Assembly (NCBI GenBank): GCA_027319565.1
Contig: DAHVNA010000001.1
Location: 1 to 43,515 of the forward strand
Reading direction: 5' to 3'
Length of the DNA stretch: 43,515 bases
Source: Elusimicrobiota bacterium
GTDB taxonomy: Bacteria; Elusimicrobiota; Elusimicrobia; UBA1565; UBA9628
Positions within the stretch are counted from its first letter, which is position 1. Every line of letters starts with the position of its first letter. Of the stretch, positions 26,828-36,379 are shown one piece after another. The notes beneath the pieces are model-generated. The model was not told the origin of the DNA. It worked only from the letters and a program-made list of their open reading frames with translations, and did no database searches. The position numbers and the translations under genes are program-made.

Positions 26828-28450
26828 TTAGCGCCCTTTCAGATTATCCGTCGCGTCAATAAAGGCGGCGACAGTTTTGTGAAGGTCTTTGAGAGACGGT
26901 TCATGGGCGTAGACCATATGTCCCGATTGATAAAAATGGAAAGAGATATTTGAAAAGAGCTTTCTTGGAATTTGAAGATGGCGCATTTCGTAGATGCCTT
27001 CATAAAAGGGGGTTGCCAAATCGAAATAGCCGGCGTTGAGTAGAATTTTGAGATCCGGATTTTGCTTCATCGCGTCGGCTAAATCCGGCATGACATTGGT
27101 CGCTTGAGTATTTCCCTTGTGTTTAAAATCCCAGTTTGGGATATCGATTTCCGGCTTGAAGATTTGGTTGAGCCCGTAATGAAGGGTTTTTCGGATGTAA
27201 TCGTTAAAAGCCGAGACATAGGCGGAGCTGATCGCCGAACTTTGGGGGTCGTAGCTTGCTTCCTTGCTTAAGGGGTCGAGAGTCGGGCCGGAAAAGCGGG
27301 TGTCCAGTCTTCCGGTGGTCATGCCCTCCTCATCCTCGAGATTTTTTTCAAATTCTCCGCCGTCGATTCTTAGATTGGCTTTTTTAATGTAAGAGACGGG
27401 AAGCCCCGTGTAATTGTGGAGTTGAATGGCGATAGCGTCTTTTTCCTTGGGGCTGAGCGTCAGTCCCCGGGACAAAGCCTGGGCATATTGATTCATCGAA
27501 AAATGTTTCACCTCGGCGATCAATTTCTCCAAATTCTTTCTGGGAACGGGCAATTTGTGGTGAAACCAGGCGGTGGCGGCATAGGTTGGAAGAGCCAGTT
27601 CGTACGGCAAATCAACCGAGGGATTGGATTCCGGGCCGTCCACGCTTAAATCAAAGTTGAGAATTTGAGAGAGTAAAATGACCCCGTTTAAATCGATCGC
27701 CTCGTCGTTTTCAAGCTCGTCTACCACGACGGCAGACCGGGTCGTGCCGTAGCTTTCTCCAAAAAGATATTTTGGCGAATTCCAGCGTCCGTATTTGGAG
27801 AGAAATTGGCGGATAAATTCGGAGAAAGCGTGCGCGTCCTGGTCCACGCCCCAAAACGCCTTGGCCGCGTCTTTCCCGGCAATGCGGCTAAAACCGGTTC
27901 CCGGGGCGTCGATAAACACCAAATCGCTGGCGTCAAGAAGGCTATAGTCATTATTGACGACTTGATAAGGAGCGGCGGGGGTGTGGGTGTCGTCCTTGGT
28001 CACGACGCGTCTGGGGCCAAAAGCGCCCATATGAAGCCAAACCGTTGAAGAACCCGGGCCGCCGTTATAAAGGAAAGTGATCGGGCGTTTGTCTGGCGAA
28101 ACCCCGCGCTTAAAATAGGCGACATAAAAAATAGAGGCTTCCGCTTGCGGGGTTTTCACTTCATCCTTGAGAGCTTTTGATCCCTGGGGTGGAGTCACGT
28201 CGTCATAACCTTTTGGGTGAACGACCAGGGTTCCCGCGATGGCCTGATAATCCACGCGCTTATGGTTGATCATGACAGAGCCTTCCGTTATTTTCTCTTG
28301 GGGCTTAAAAAAACCGATAGTGGTTGCATCTTTTTTGGATGAGGAGTCCTTTTTTTTCTTCGCGTCTTTGGCGGCGAATACAGGCGGCGCCATTAAGGCG
28401 GCGCTGATGAAAACGGCGATGATTTTTTTGAAGGCGTTTGTTTGTTCCAT
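26828..28450 (-). CDS. Serine carboxypeptidase, family S10
   Basis: Signal peptide, NGGPGSS, FIDAPGTGFS, GESYG, GYFDLATP, SGHMVY. Confidence 0.92.
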   Translation of the reverse strand: MEQTNAFKKIIAVFISAALMAPPVFAAKDAKKKKDSSSKKDATTIGFFKPQEKITEGSVMINHKRVDYQAIAGTLVVHPKGYDDVTPPQGSKALKDEVKTPQAEASIFYVAYFKRGVSPDKRPITFLYNGGPGSSTVWLHMGAFGPRRVVTKDDTHTPAAPYQVVNNDYSLLDASDLVFIDAPGTGFSRIAGKDAAKAFWGVDQDAHAFSEFIRQFLSKYGRWNSPKYLFGESYGTTRSAVVVDELENDEAIDLNGVILLSQILNFDLSVDGPESNPSVDLPYELALPTYAATAWFHHKLPVPRKNLEKLIAEVKHFSMNQYAQALSRGLTLSPKEKDAIAIQLHNYTGLPVSYIKKANLRIDGGEFEKNLEDEEGMTTGRLDTRFSGPTLDPLSKEASYDPQSSAISSAYVSAFNDYIRKTLHYGLNQIFKPEIDIPNWDFKHKGNTQATNVMPDLADAMKQNPDLKILLNAGYFDLATPFYEGIYEMRHLQIPRKLFSNISFHFYQSGHMVYAHEPSLKDLHKTVAAFIDATDNLKGR

Positions 28451-28451
28451 G

Positions 28452-29879
28452 TTAGACCTCATGACCTAGAATTTTGCTGAGCGGACGATTGGCGGCAAAG
28501 AAAATAAGCCCGGAACCGATTCCAAGCCCCGTCATCAGTGCAAAAAACGCTTCCTTGGTCATCGTCCCGTAAAAGCCGCCGATAAAACCCGAGAGATAGT
28601 CTCCGAAGAAACTGGATAAAAACCACATTCCCATCAGCATCGAGACCATGCGGGCCGGAGAAACCTTCGTGACTAAAGACAATCCAATGGGAGATAAGTA
28701 GAGTTCGCCGATGGTTAAAATGGCGGAGCTAGACACCAGCCATAGAAGGCTTCCTCTTTCTCCGGACAGAACGATTCTTGAAGCGACGATCATGACGACA
28801 AAAGAAAGGCCAAGCAAGACACAGCCGATGCCCATTTTCATGACGCTGGACGGCTCTTTTCCGCGCTTATTTTGCCATTCCCAAAATTTATCGAGGATGG
28901 GCGCGAAAAGGAAAATAAAGGCGGGGTTAAAGGCTTGATACCAGCTGGACGGGAGGTGAAACCCAAAGAAATTCCATCGCGTGTTTTGATCGGCCCAGAT
29001 CTGCATCGTGTTTCCCTGCTGTTCATAAACGGCCCAGAAAACGATGTTGACGATGCAGAGAAAGACGAGCGCGGCAATGGCCTTCCACTCATTCGGCGTG
29101 ATTTTTTGCTCGGCAATCTTCTCTCGGGCAAGACCCTCTTCCTTGATTTTATCCTGCGGGAGAAGATGCCGCCCAAAATGGTAAATCAAAAGTCCCGAGA
29201 CCATGCCGACGCCCGCGGCCCCAAAACCCCAATCCCAGCCGACCAGTTGGCCGAGGGTTCCGCAGACTAAAGGCGAGAAAAAGGCGCCGAGGTTGATCCC
29301 CATGTAGAAAATAGTGAATGCCGAGTCTCTTCTCGGGTCGCCCTCCGGATAAAGATCGCCGACTTGAGTCGAGATATTGGGCTTAAAGCAGCCGTTGCCT
29401 AAAATTAGAAATAAGAGCGCGAAGAAAAAGAAGCGCTCGCTGGCCATCAAAAAATGTCCGATCGTCATCAGAATTCCGCCGATATAGACCGACTTTCTCT
29501 GGCCAAAAACGCGATCGGCCAAAATTCCGCCGAAAAAAGGCGTGAAGTAGACAAAACCGGTGTAGAGCCCGTAGATTTGAGAGGCGAGGGCTTGGACGGA
29601 AAGCTGGTTGTGGACGCCAAAAAGCCCCACGGACCATTGGACAAACATTTGAACCGAGTGGTATCCAAAAACGGTCATCCCCTTGTTGGCGTCTAAAATC
29701 AGGATTTTCATCATGTAAAGAACGAGAAGCGCTCTCATTCCGTAATAAGAGAAACGCTCCCACATTTCGGTAAAGAAAAGAACGTAGAGGCCTTTGGGAT
29801 GGCCAAACCATTCGCCCGGCGTTTTTCGGGAGGTCTCTTCAACCGCGTGAGAGGCGGGGACTGTTCCTAATTCATCCAT
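28452..29879 (-). CDS. POT/PTR family proton-dependent peptide transporter
   Basis: EMWERFSYYGMR, GNGCFKPN, FYMGINLG, GELYLSPIGLS. Confidence 0.93.
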   Translation of the reverse strand: MDELGTVPASHAVEETSRKTPGEWFGHPKGLYVLFFTEMWERFSYYGMRALLVLYMMKILILDANKGMTVFGYHSVQMFVQWSVGLFGVHNQLSVQALASQIYGLYTGFVYFTPFFGGILADRVFGQRKSVYIGGILMTIGHFLMASERFFFFALLFLILGNGCFKPNISTQVGDLYPEGDPRRDSAFTIFYMGINLGAFFSPLVCGTLGQLVGWDWGFGAAGVGMVSGLLIYHFGRHLLPQDKIKEEGLAREKIAEQKITPNEWKAIAALVFLCIVNIVFWAVYEQQGNTMQIWADQNTRWNFFGFHLPSSWYQAFNPAFIFLFAPILDKFWEWQNKRGKEPSSVMKMGIGCVLLGLSFVVMIVASRIVLSGERGSLLWLVSSSAILTIGELYLSPIGLSLVTKVSPARMVSMLMGMWFLSSFFGDYLSGFIGGFYGTMTKEAFFALMTGLGIGSGLIFFAANRPLSKILGHEV

Positions 29880-29885
29880 TGAGAG

Positions 29886-29891
29886 ATTATA
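29886..29891 (-). promoter_or_regulatory. -10 TATAAT, leaderless internal promoter
   Basis: TATAAT 6 nt before ATG 29879, no SD. Confidence 0.55.
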
Positions 29892-29893
29892 TC

Positions 29894-30898
29894 TTATGAG
29901 GATATTCTTGCGTGAGCCAAAGGCCTCACGGGACAGGCGGCGCGGTGATGGGGAGAAACTTCCTCTAAGACGGGAATTTCTCTACGGCAGGAATCCTTGG
30001 CGTAGCGGCAGCGGGGATGAAAGGGGCAACCCGTCGGAGGGGACAGCGGGCTGGGAATGTCTCCCGACAAAATGATGCGGCTTCTCTGTTTCTGCTTTTC
30101 CGGGTCGGGAAGCGGGATGGCCGACAAAAGGGCTTCGGTGTAGGGATGCTGGGGATTTGAAAAGATTTCGTTCGCCAGGGAAAACTCGACAATTTTTCCT
30201 AAATACATGACCGCGATTTTGTCGCAGAGATGTCGCACGACCGAAAAATCATGCGAGATAAAAATATAGGTCAGCCCCAATTCCTTTTGAAGGTCTTTAA
30301 GCAGGTTAAGAATTTGAGCTTGGATCGAGACATCTAGCGCGCTGACCGGCTCGTCGCAGACGACCAATTTTGGATTTAAGGCCAAGGCTCTGGCGATTCC
30401 GACTCTTTGCCTTTGCCCGCCGGAAAATTCGTGCGGATAGCGCGACAAATGGCTTTTGGAGATTCCGCACTTGTCGGCGAGCTTGAGAAGGCGTGTTTGC
30501 CCGTCGTTTTTCCATTCCCCGTGGATAATGAAAGGTTCTTTTAAAATCTCCAATACGGTCATTCGGGGGTCCAGGCTTGCGTAGGGGTCTTGAAAAATAA
30601 TCTGGACTTCGCGCCTAAACTCCTTAAGTTTATTTCCCTTGAGGTTTTGGACTTCTCTTCCGTTGTATAAAATCTTTCCTTCGCTGGGGGTGTCCAATAA
30701 ACACAGAATTCTCCCCAAGGTCGTTTTCCCGCAGCCCGATTCTCCGACAATTCCCAAGGTTGTCGCTTTTTCAACGCCGAGAGAAATTCCGTCTAAAGCG
30801 CGGATGGTTTTGGGAGGACCAAAAAAACCTTCTTTCGCCGAGAAAAATTTTCGCAGGCCCTGGGCCTCGAGATGGAAAATTTCTTTCTCTGTCGTCAT
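29894..30898 (-). CDS. oppF: Peptide ABC transporter ATP-binding protein (DppF/OppF)
   Basis: GESGCGKTT, FQDPYASLDP, YPHEFSGGQRQR, HPYT, GCPFHPRC. ATGA overlap with oppD. Confidence 0.92.
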   Translation of the reverse strand: MTTEKEIFHLEAQGLRKFFSAKEGFFGPPKTIRALDGISLGVEKATTLGIVGESGCGKTTLGRILCLLDTPSEGKILYNGREVQNLKGNKLKEFRREVQIIFQDPYASLDPRMTVLEILKEPFIIHGEWKNDGQTRLLKLADKCGISKSHLSRYPHEFSGGQRQRVGIARALALNPKLVVCDEPVSALDVSIQAQILNLLKDLQKELGLTYIFISHDFSVVRHLCDKIAVMYLGKIVEFSLANEIFSNPQHPYTEALLSAIPLPDPEKQKQRSRIILSGDIPSPLSPPTGCPFHPRCRYAKDSCRREIPVLEEVSPHHRAACPVRPLAHARISS

Positions 30899-31866
30899 TG
30901 GTTTTCCAAAAGCCAACAATTGGCGCGGTGTCCGTCTCCCAAATCAAAAGAAGGGGGGTCGTTTTCTCGGCAGCGCGCTTGAACCTCGGGGCAGCGGGGG
31001 GAAAAAGGACATCCCCGGGGCTTATTTTTTAAATCCGGCGGGCGCCCGGGAATGGATTCAAGACGGTCTTTTTTTGAATCCGGAGACGGAATGGCGCTTA
31101 AAAGCCCTCGGGTGTAGGGGTGAGACGGAGTCTTAAAAAGAGAAGTCATCGAAGCCGCCTCGACCGCTCTTCCGGCATACATGACGATCATTTGATCCGC
31201 CATGTCGGCCACGATGCCGATATTGTGGGTGATGAGAATGACCGCCATTTGAAATTCTTTTTGCAATTCTTTGATTAGTTCCAGAATCTGGGCCTGAATC
31301 GTCACGTCCAGAGCGGTCGTGGGCTCATCGGCGATTAAGATTTCCGGGTTGCAGCTGAGGGCCATCGCGATCATCGCGCGTTGACGCATTCCTCCGGAAA
31401 ACTGATGAGGATAATTATTGAGGCGGTTTTTCGCGTCTGGAATTCCCACCCTGTCTAGGAGTCTTGCGGCCTCCTTAAGCGCGTCGGCCCTGCTTTTTCC
31501 CCGGTGAATCAACAAGGGTTCCGCGATCTGTTCTCCGATAGTTAAAACCGGGTTTAAAGAGGTCATCGGTTCTTGGAAAATCATCGCGATTCGATCCCCT
31601 CTAATTTTCCGCATTTCTTTGATCGGCAGATCCAAGAGATTTTTTCCGTGAAAGAGAATTTGTCCTTCGATTTTGCACTGGGGGCTGGGCGGCAAAAGGC
31701 GCAATATCGACAGAGCGTGAACGCTTTTTCCGGAGCCCGATTCTCCAACGATGGCCAAGGTTTGGTTGGCGCTTAAAGAGTAGCTTAGGTTTTCAACGGC
31801 TCCAATAGGGCCCTCATCGCTTGAGAAAGAAACCTTGAGATTGGAGATGGAAAGAACGGGCGGCAC
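30895..31866 (-). CDS. oppD: Peptide ABC transporter ATP-binding protein (DppD/OppD)
   Basis: [44 protein letters not shown] 31866 avoids overlap with the upstream gene. Confidence 0.92.
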   Translation of the reverse strand: MPPVLSISNLKVSFSSDEGPIGAVENLSYSLSANQTLAIVGESGSGKSVHALSILRLLPPSPQCKIEGQILFHGKNLLDLPIKEMRKIRGDRIAMIFQEPMTSLNPVLTIGEQIAEPLLIHRGKSRADALKEAARLLDRVGIPDAKNRLNNYPHQFSGGMRQRAMIAMALSCNPEILIADEPTTALDVTIQAQILELIKELQKEFQMAVILITHNIGIVADMADQMIVMYAGRAVEAASMTSLFKTPSHPYTRGLLSAIPSPDSKKDRLESIPGRPPDLKNKPRGCPFSPRCPEVQARCRENDPPSFDLGDGHRANCWLLENQ

Positions 31867-31873
31867 AGAAAAA

Positions 31874-32107
31874 TTAAATTGCGGTCGTGACCAGGCTTTC
31901 CGTTGATAGAACTCCGGGGGTTGAGCGGATGCCGCGAACGACCACATTGGATAAAGTGACGATGTCTTCCGTTTCGACATCCAAGACTAAATCCCAGCGG
32001 CCGAAAACGGCCGTTACGTGGGCGACCCCTTTAATGGCCTTAATTTGGCTGAGTGCGGATTTCTCTTTTCCCGCCATGAGTCTTACCAGAACGAGTCCCG
32101 TAACCAT
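31874..32107 (-). CDS. Stand-alone Lrp/AsnC ligand-binding (RAM) domain protein
   Basis: MVTGLVLVRL..VFGRWDLV..GVLSTESL. GGAGG RBS and TGgTATACT -10 at 32136-32144. Confidence 0.8.
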   Translation of the reverse strand: MVTGLVLVRLMAGKEKSALSQIKAIKGVAHVTAVFGRWDLVLDVETEDIVTLSNVVVRGIRSTPGVLSTESLVTTAI

Positions 32108-32175
32108 AAATCCTCCTGATCTTTTGTCTTTTGTCAGTATACCAATTTGTTTAATAAGATATATCGGGTTAGATC

Positions 32176-32673
32176 GTGGGAACTCTATTGAGGCCGCAAA
32201 AAGCTTTTTTATTTCTCGCTTCGCTTTTCGTCTTGAGCGTGGGAATATCCGCTTGGTCCAAGGACCAAGCTTTTCATGCGACAAGGCATGTCGTTATCAA
32301 GTGCGCTTCCGGCGCCAAGATTAAAGCCGATATCGCTGACACCCCCAAAGAACGGGAAGAGGGGCTGATGTTTAGAAAAAAACTTCCTAAGAATTACGGG
32401 ATGCTTTTCGTTTTTCCTCAGGAAGATTATTTTGAATTTTGGATGAAAAACACCTGGGTCAATTTAGATATGGTCTATATCGGTTGGGATAAAAAAATTA
32501 CCGCTTTGTACCCCAATGTCGCGGCCTCGACTCCCAAAACCAAGGATGCGGACGTGGCGCGGGTGGGAGGACGGGCCCAATATGTCTTGGAGCTCCCCGC
32601 TGGGGCGGCCAAGCGCGACCATCTGGCGCTCGGTCAGGGTTTAAAGTTCAAAGTCAAGATACCGCGAAAATAA
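32176..32673 (+). CDS. DUF192 family protein
   Basis: ADTPKEREEGLMFR, GMLFVF, FWMKNT, YVLELPAG. Confidence 0.9.
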   Translation: MGTLLRPQKAFLFLASLFVLSVGISAWSKDQAFHATRHVVIKCASGAKIKADIADTPKEREEGLMFRKKLPKNYGMLFVFPQEDYFEFWMKNTWVNLDMVYIGWDKKITALYPNVAASTPKTKDADVARVGGRAQYVLELPAGAAKRDHLALGQGLKFKVKIPRK

Positions 32674-32693
32674 AAATTACGCTGGGAGACAAT

Positions 32694-33062
32694 ATGATGA
32701 ACAAGCGAATATTGGTTGTCGAAGACTTGGCGGTCGCCAGAGATTTTCTATGCCAGGTTCTTAAAAATTTGGGGTGCGTCGTGGTCGCGACTGCCGATAC
32801 CGGCACGAAGGCCATTGAAGCCTATCAATTACACAAGCCGGATTTAATGACTCTGGATATTTCGCTTCCGGATATGGACGGTTTATTCGTGCTTAAAGAG
32901 GTTAAAAGGGCGCATCCGGATGCCAAGGTTTTTGTTGTCACCGCCAATAACCAGGAAATGCTCAAAAAAGAGGCCATCGCTCTTGGAGCCGTGGGAGTTC
33001 TCTTAAAACCGTTTGGAGTCAAGGAAGTTCAAGAAGCCCTAAAAAGCGCGTTTCCGGCATGA
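32694..33062 (+). CDS. CheY-like response regulator receiver
   Basis: ILVVED, PDLMTLDISLPDMDG, LLKPF. Confidence 0.88.
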   Translation: MMNKRILVVEDLAVARDFLCQVLKNLGCVVVATADTGTKAIEAYQLHKPDLMTLDISLPDMDGLFVLKEVKRAHPDAKVFVVTANNQEMLKKEAIALGAVGVLLKPFGVKEVQEALKSAFPA

Positions 33063-33652
33063 GTTTGTCGCAAGTCCGTAAAAAATCCATCGCCGACTCT
33101 TTGGCTTTTGGCGCCGAAAAGATTGCCCAGCATCTTTCTCGATTGGATGGGCATCCCTGGGATTCTAAGGTTCAAACGGGTTTATACGGCCCGGAATTTC
33201 TCAAGCGTTTGAGCGCGGAATCAATTCATATCCCTTATTGGTCGGCCTATCTATCCGCCCAATCGAATATTCCACTGGGGGTCCATCTCTTACTTTCGCC
33301 TAAGGCCGCTTCCGTTTTGTCCCAGGTCCTGGCTGCCGCCTATGGACGGGGAGAGGCGGTGAAACTGTTTTCCCCTCAAGATGCGGTCAAGGAATTTGCC
33401 AATATCGCGGCCCATATTTTTTGCGGGGAATTTGGAGGACTCTCGCGCTCTATCTGGATTTTGTCCACTCCCGAAATTTTGCGCGGGGAGAGAAATGAAC
33501 TTATCTCCAGCCAATGGCGCTCGGTTAAGGGTGGCGACATCGCTTTTATGTCCGCCATCATCAACACGGGATTTCAATTTCAAATTGATTATGAGCTCGG
33601 TTTGTATGCGAGCGAGAAAGCGTTAGAAAATTATTTCCCCCAAGAGCCGTAG
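33059..33652 (+). CDS. CheC/CheX-like protein
   Basis: DAVKEFANI (ExxN motif) and ILSTP. Coupled to the CheY-like gene. Confidence 0.55.
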   Translation: MSLSQVRKKSIADSLAFGAEKIAQHLSRLDGHPWDSKVQTGLYGPEFLKRLSAESIHIPYWSAYLSAQSNIPLGVHLLLSPKAASVLSQVLAAAYGRGEAVKLFSPQDAVKEFANIAAHIFCGEFGGLSRSIWILSTPEILRGERNELISSQWRSVKGGDIAFMSAIINTGFQFQIDYELGLYASEKALENYFPQEP

Positions 33653-33656
33653 ACCA

Positions 33657-35684
33657 GTGTCCTTAAACGAATCTTCTTTATCATGGGAGTCTCAATGGAA
33701 AGAATTTCTTCGGGGAGTTTCTCTTTTTAAAGATTTAAAGGATGAGGACTTTGAAAAGATCATTTCCAAAATCCAGTTGGCTTCTCTTACAAGAGGCTCT
33801 GTACTTTTCCGCCAAGGAGATGATTCCCCGGGCCTTTTTATTATCACCTCCGGCCGCGTCCGGGTAGTATATCGAAGGGTGAATCAGGAAAGTGTCGAAG
33901 TCATCTTGGGCCGAGGCGATTGCCTTGGAGAAAGCGGAATCATATTAGAGGAAAAATGCGTCGCGACAGTGCACGCTTTAACCAGCTGCGAATTTCTGGG
34001 GATTTCCCGCGAAGATTTTTCTGAGACGCTTAAGGAACATCCGGAAATAGCCCTTCGGCTTTCCCAGGTTCTCGCGCGCCATGTCCTTCAAACGAGCGCC
34101 TCCCGCTCGAATTTGGGGCAGTGCCAGGCTAAATTTTTCACGATTTCCTCATCACTGCCTTTCCCGGAGCGGCAGTTCTTTTCCGCTTATCTGGGGCTTC
34201 AGCTTCAGGAACAGACTCGGAGCCGTGTTCTAGTTGTTGACATGGATGAAAAATTTGGAGAATTAGCGCCCTTATTTCAAACCCAGCCTCCGGAGATCGA
34301 TCGTGAATTTGTTCGCAAGCTCAATCGCCGGGAGGGGGCATGGTTTAAGACCTTTATCCGCCGCGGAGCTTTTGGAGTGGATATTCTCAGCGTTCCCGCC
34401 AATCGATTGGCTAAGGAATCGATGCAGGATATTCCAATCTTTTTGAATTTAATTCGCGAAAATTACGATATCGTGCTCATCCATTTGGGCAATGTCTTGG
34501 GGCCCCATGAACAGCGAGTTCTCATGGAAGCCGAGCGCGTCATTTTAGTCGGTTCTGAAAAAGGGCGGGAAGAATATTTACGGCTTGATGAAAAGATGGT
34601 TTCAAGCGTTGATCCGTCCCAAATTTTGCGCTTATGGTGCGGAGATTCAAGGCCTCCAAGCGTCTTTGGGGATGCTTGGAAATGGCGTGTTCCGTGGAAT
34701 CCTGCGATTTCAGAACTCATCTCGTCTTCAGAGCCGCTTTTGAAATTTTCCCAGTTGCATTCATCCTCTTGCCGGGTTATCGAAAGATTGGCCAGACATC
34801 TGACCGGTTTTAGCGTTGGAGTCGCTTTCGGTTCGGGGGCGGCGTTGGGATATTCGATTATCGGGGTTTTGAAAGTCTTTAAGCGCGAAAAAATTCCTAT
34901 CGATCTTGTCTCCGGAACGTCAATGGGTGCTTTCTTGGCGGGTTTGGTAGCCATGGGAATGGAACCCGAAGAGCTGGAACGGGGCGCATTTAAAGCCAAC
35001 CGGAAATGGATTTATGGGCACATCTTAAGAGATCTCTCTATTCCCCATTCCGGTTTCTTTTCGGGGCAATCGCTGATCAGGATTTTTGGGGAGTATTTTC
35101 AAGGCAAAACCTTTGAGGACTTGGAGCTTCCTTTTTCAGCTGTCGCTTCGGATATCGAAAGCGGAGAAGAAGTCGTTTTGTCGAAAGGCTCAGTGACGGA
35201 AGCGACTCGCGCAAGTTGCAGCCTGCCCGTTATTTTTACTCCTTTTCACCGCGAAGGGCGATTTTTAATTGATGGCGGCTTGGTCAACCCCGTTCCTATT
35301 CGGGTCGTTGCGGATATGGGGGCCGACATCTTAATTGCCATTAATTTAACCCTGCCGGCGGCGGACTACACCTCGGGCGCAAAACCTGGTTTTTTATCAT
35401 CGATATTTAAAGCCTTGGGAGGCGTCAAATATCCAAACGTTTTCCACACTCTTTTACACACGCTTTATACCGCGGAATATGAAATCGCTAAATCTCAATT
35501 AGGCATTGCGCATGTGATCATTCAGCCCGAAATCAAGGGCGTTTCCTGGACAGATTTCGGGCAGGCCAAGAGTCTGATTGCATTGGGAGAAATAGCCGCT
35601 GAAAAAGTCGTGCCTCAGATTAAAGCAATGCTTCCGGCTTTATCTCCCTATTGCCGATTGCCGAATCGTTCAGAGGCGATTTGA
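33657..35684 (+). CDS. cNMP-binding domain plus degenerate ParA/MinD-like domain plus patatin phospholipase
   Basis: LFRQGD..LFIITSGRV..GDCLGE; VLVVDMD / YDIVLI; GSGAALG, GTSMG, DGG. Confidence 0.85.
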   Translation: MSLNESSLSWESQWKEFLRGVSLFKDLKDEDFEKIISKIQLASLTRGSVLFRQGDDSPGLFIITSGRVRVVYRRVNQESVEVILGRGDCLGESGIILEEKCVATVHALTSCEFLGISREDFSETLKEHPEIALRLSQVLARHVLQTSASRSNLGQCQAKFFTISSSLPFPERQFFSAYLGLQLQEQTRSRVLVVDMDEKFGELAPLFQTQPPEIDREFVRKLNRREGAWFKTFIRRGAFGVDILSVPANRLAKESMQDIPIFLNLIRENYDIVLIHLGNVLGPHEQRVLMEAERVILVGSEKGREEYLRLDEKMVSSVDPSQILRLWCGDSRPPSVFGDAWKWRVPWNPAISELISSSEPLLKFSQLHSSSCRVIERLARHLTGFSVGVAFGSGAALGYSIIGVLKVFKREKIPIDLVSGTSMGAFLAGLVAMGMEPEELERGAFKANRKWIYGHILRDLSIPHSGFFSGQSLIRIFGEYFQGKTFEDLELPFSAVASDIESGEEVVLSKGSVTEATRASCSLPVIFTPFHREGRFLIDGGLVNPVPIRVVADMGADILIAINLTLPAADYTSGAKPGFLSSIFKALGGVKYPNVFHTLLHTLYTAEYEIAKSQLGIAHVIIQPEIKGVSWTDFGQAKSLIALGEIAAEKVVPQIKAMLPALSPYCRLPNRSEAI

Positions 35685-35685
35685 G

Positions 35686-36372
35686 TCAGTCTTCAAAGCG
35701 GTAACCTATTCCGCGAACGGGCGAAATTTTGTCGGCCGCTTTTCCCAATTTCTCTTTGAGGTGAGAAACCGTCACGTCTACGACCTTGGTGGTCAAGGAA
35801 AGTTCCTCGTCATATCCCCAAACCTTCTGGAGGATGAGCTCTCGGCTTAAAGCCTTATTTTTTTGTTCTGCGAGAAACCAAAGAAGATCAAATTCTTTTT
35901 CGCTTAGAGAAATATCTTTTCCGGAAACGCTGGCCTTTCGCGCCGCAAAGTCGAGGTGGATGTTCGCGCATCTGATTTCCATGACATCGATTTTGTAGCC
36001 CGCTCTTCTTAAGAGAGAGTCGACGCGCGCGCTTAATTCTTGGGTGTTAAAGGGTTTTCCGAGATAATCGTCGGCGCCTTGATTGAGGCCCGCGACGCGT
36101 TCAGGGGTTTCGTTCTGAGCGGTGAGAATCAAAATCGGGATGGCGGGGGCGTGGGTAGATGAGCGAATTTCCTTGACGAAATCAAGCCCTTCCCCATCTG
36201 GAAGTCCGCGGTCTAAAATCAAGAGATCAAAAATCGTTTTTAAAAATTCGCTTCGGGCGTTTTTTAATGAGGAGACTAGTTTGACGCCCAGATTTTTTTC
36301 TTTGAGAACATGGGATATCAAACTTGCGGTTGAGGGCGTGTCTTCAACGACTAGAATATGGGCGCGTTCCAT
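35686..36372 (-). CDS. OmpR/PhoB family response regulator
   Basis: LDRGLPDGEG, GADDYLGKPF, LSEKEFDLL, VDVTVSHL, VRGIGY. Confidence 0.92.
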   Translation of the reverse strand: MERAHILVVEDTPSTASLISHVLKEKNLGVKLVSSLKNARSEFLKTIFDLLILDRGLPDGEGLDFVKEIRSSTHAPAIPILILTAQNETPERVAGLNQGADDYLGKPFNTQELSARVDSLLRRAGYKIDVMEIRCANIHLDFAARKASVSGKDISLSEKEFDLLWFLAEQKNKALSRELILQKVWGYDEELSLTTKVVDVTVSHLKEKLGKAADKISPVRGIGYRFED

Positions 36373-36379
36373 TTTAAGG

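Noticed and set aside
31867..32284. N-terminal extensions of oppD (to 31980) and the Lrp gene (to 32284)
   Set aside because: They overlap real genes; better starts are at 31866 (no overlap) and 32107 (RBS and promoter support).
33657..35684. CBASS CapV-like defence effector
   Set aside because: No CD-NTase nearby, and the domain architecture is cNMP/RssA-type patatin.
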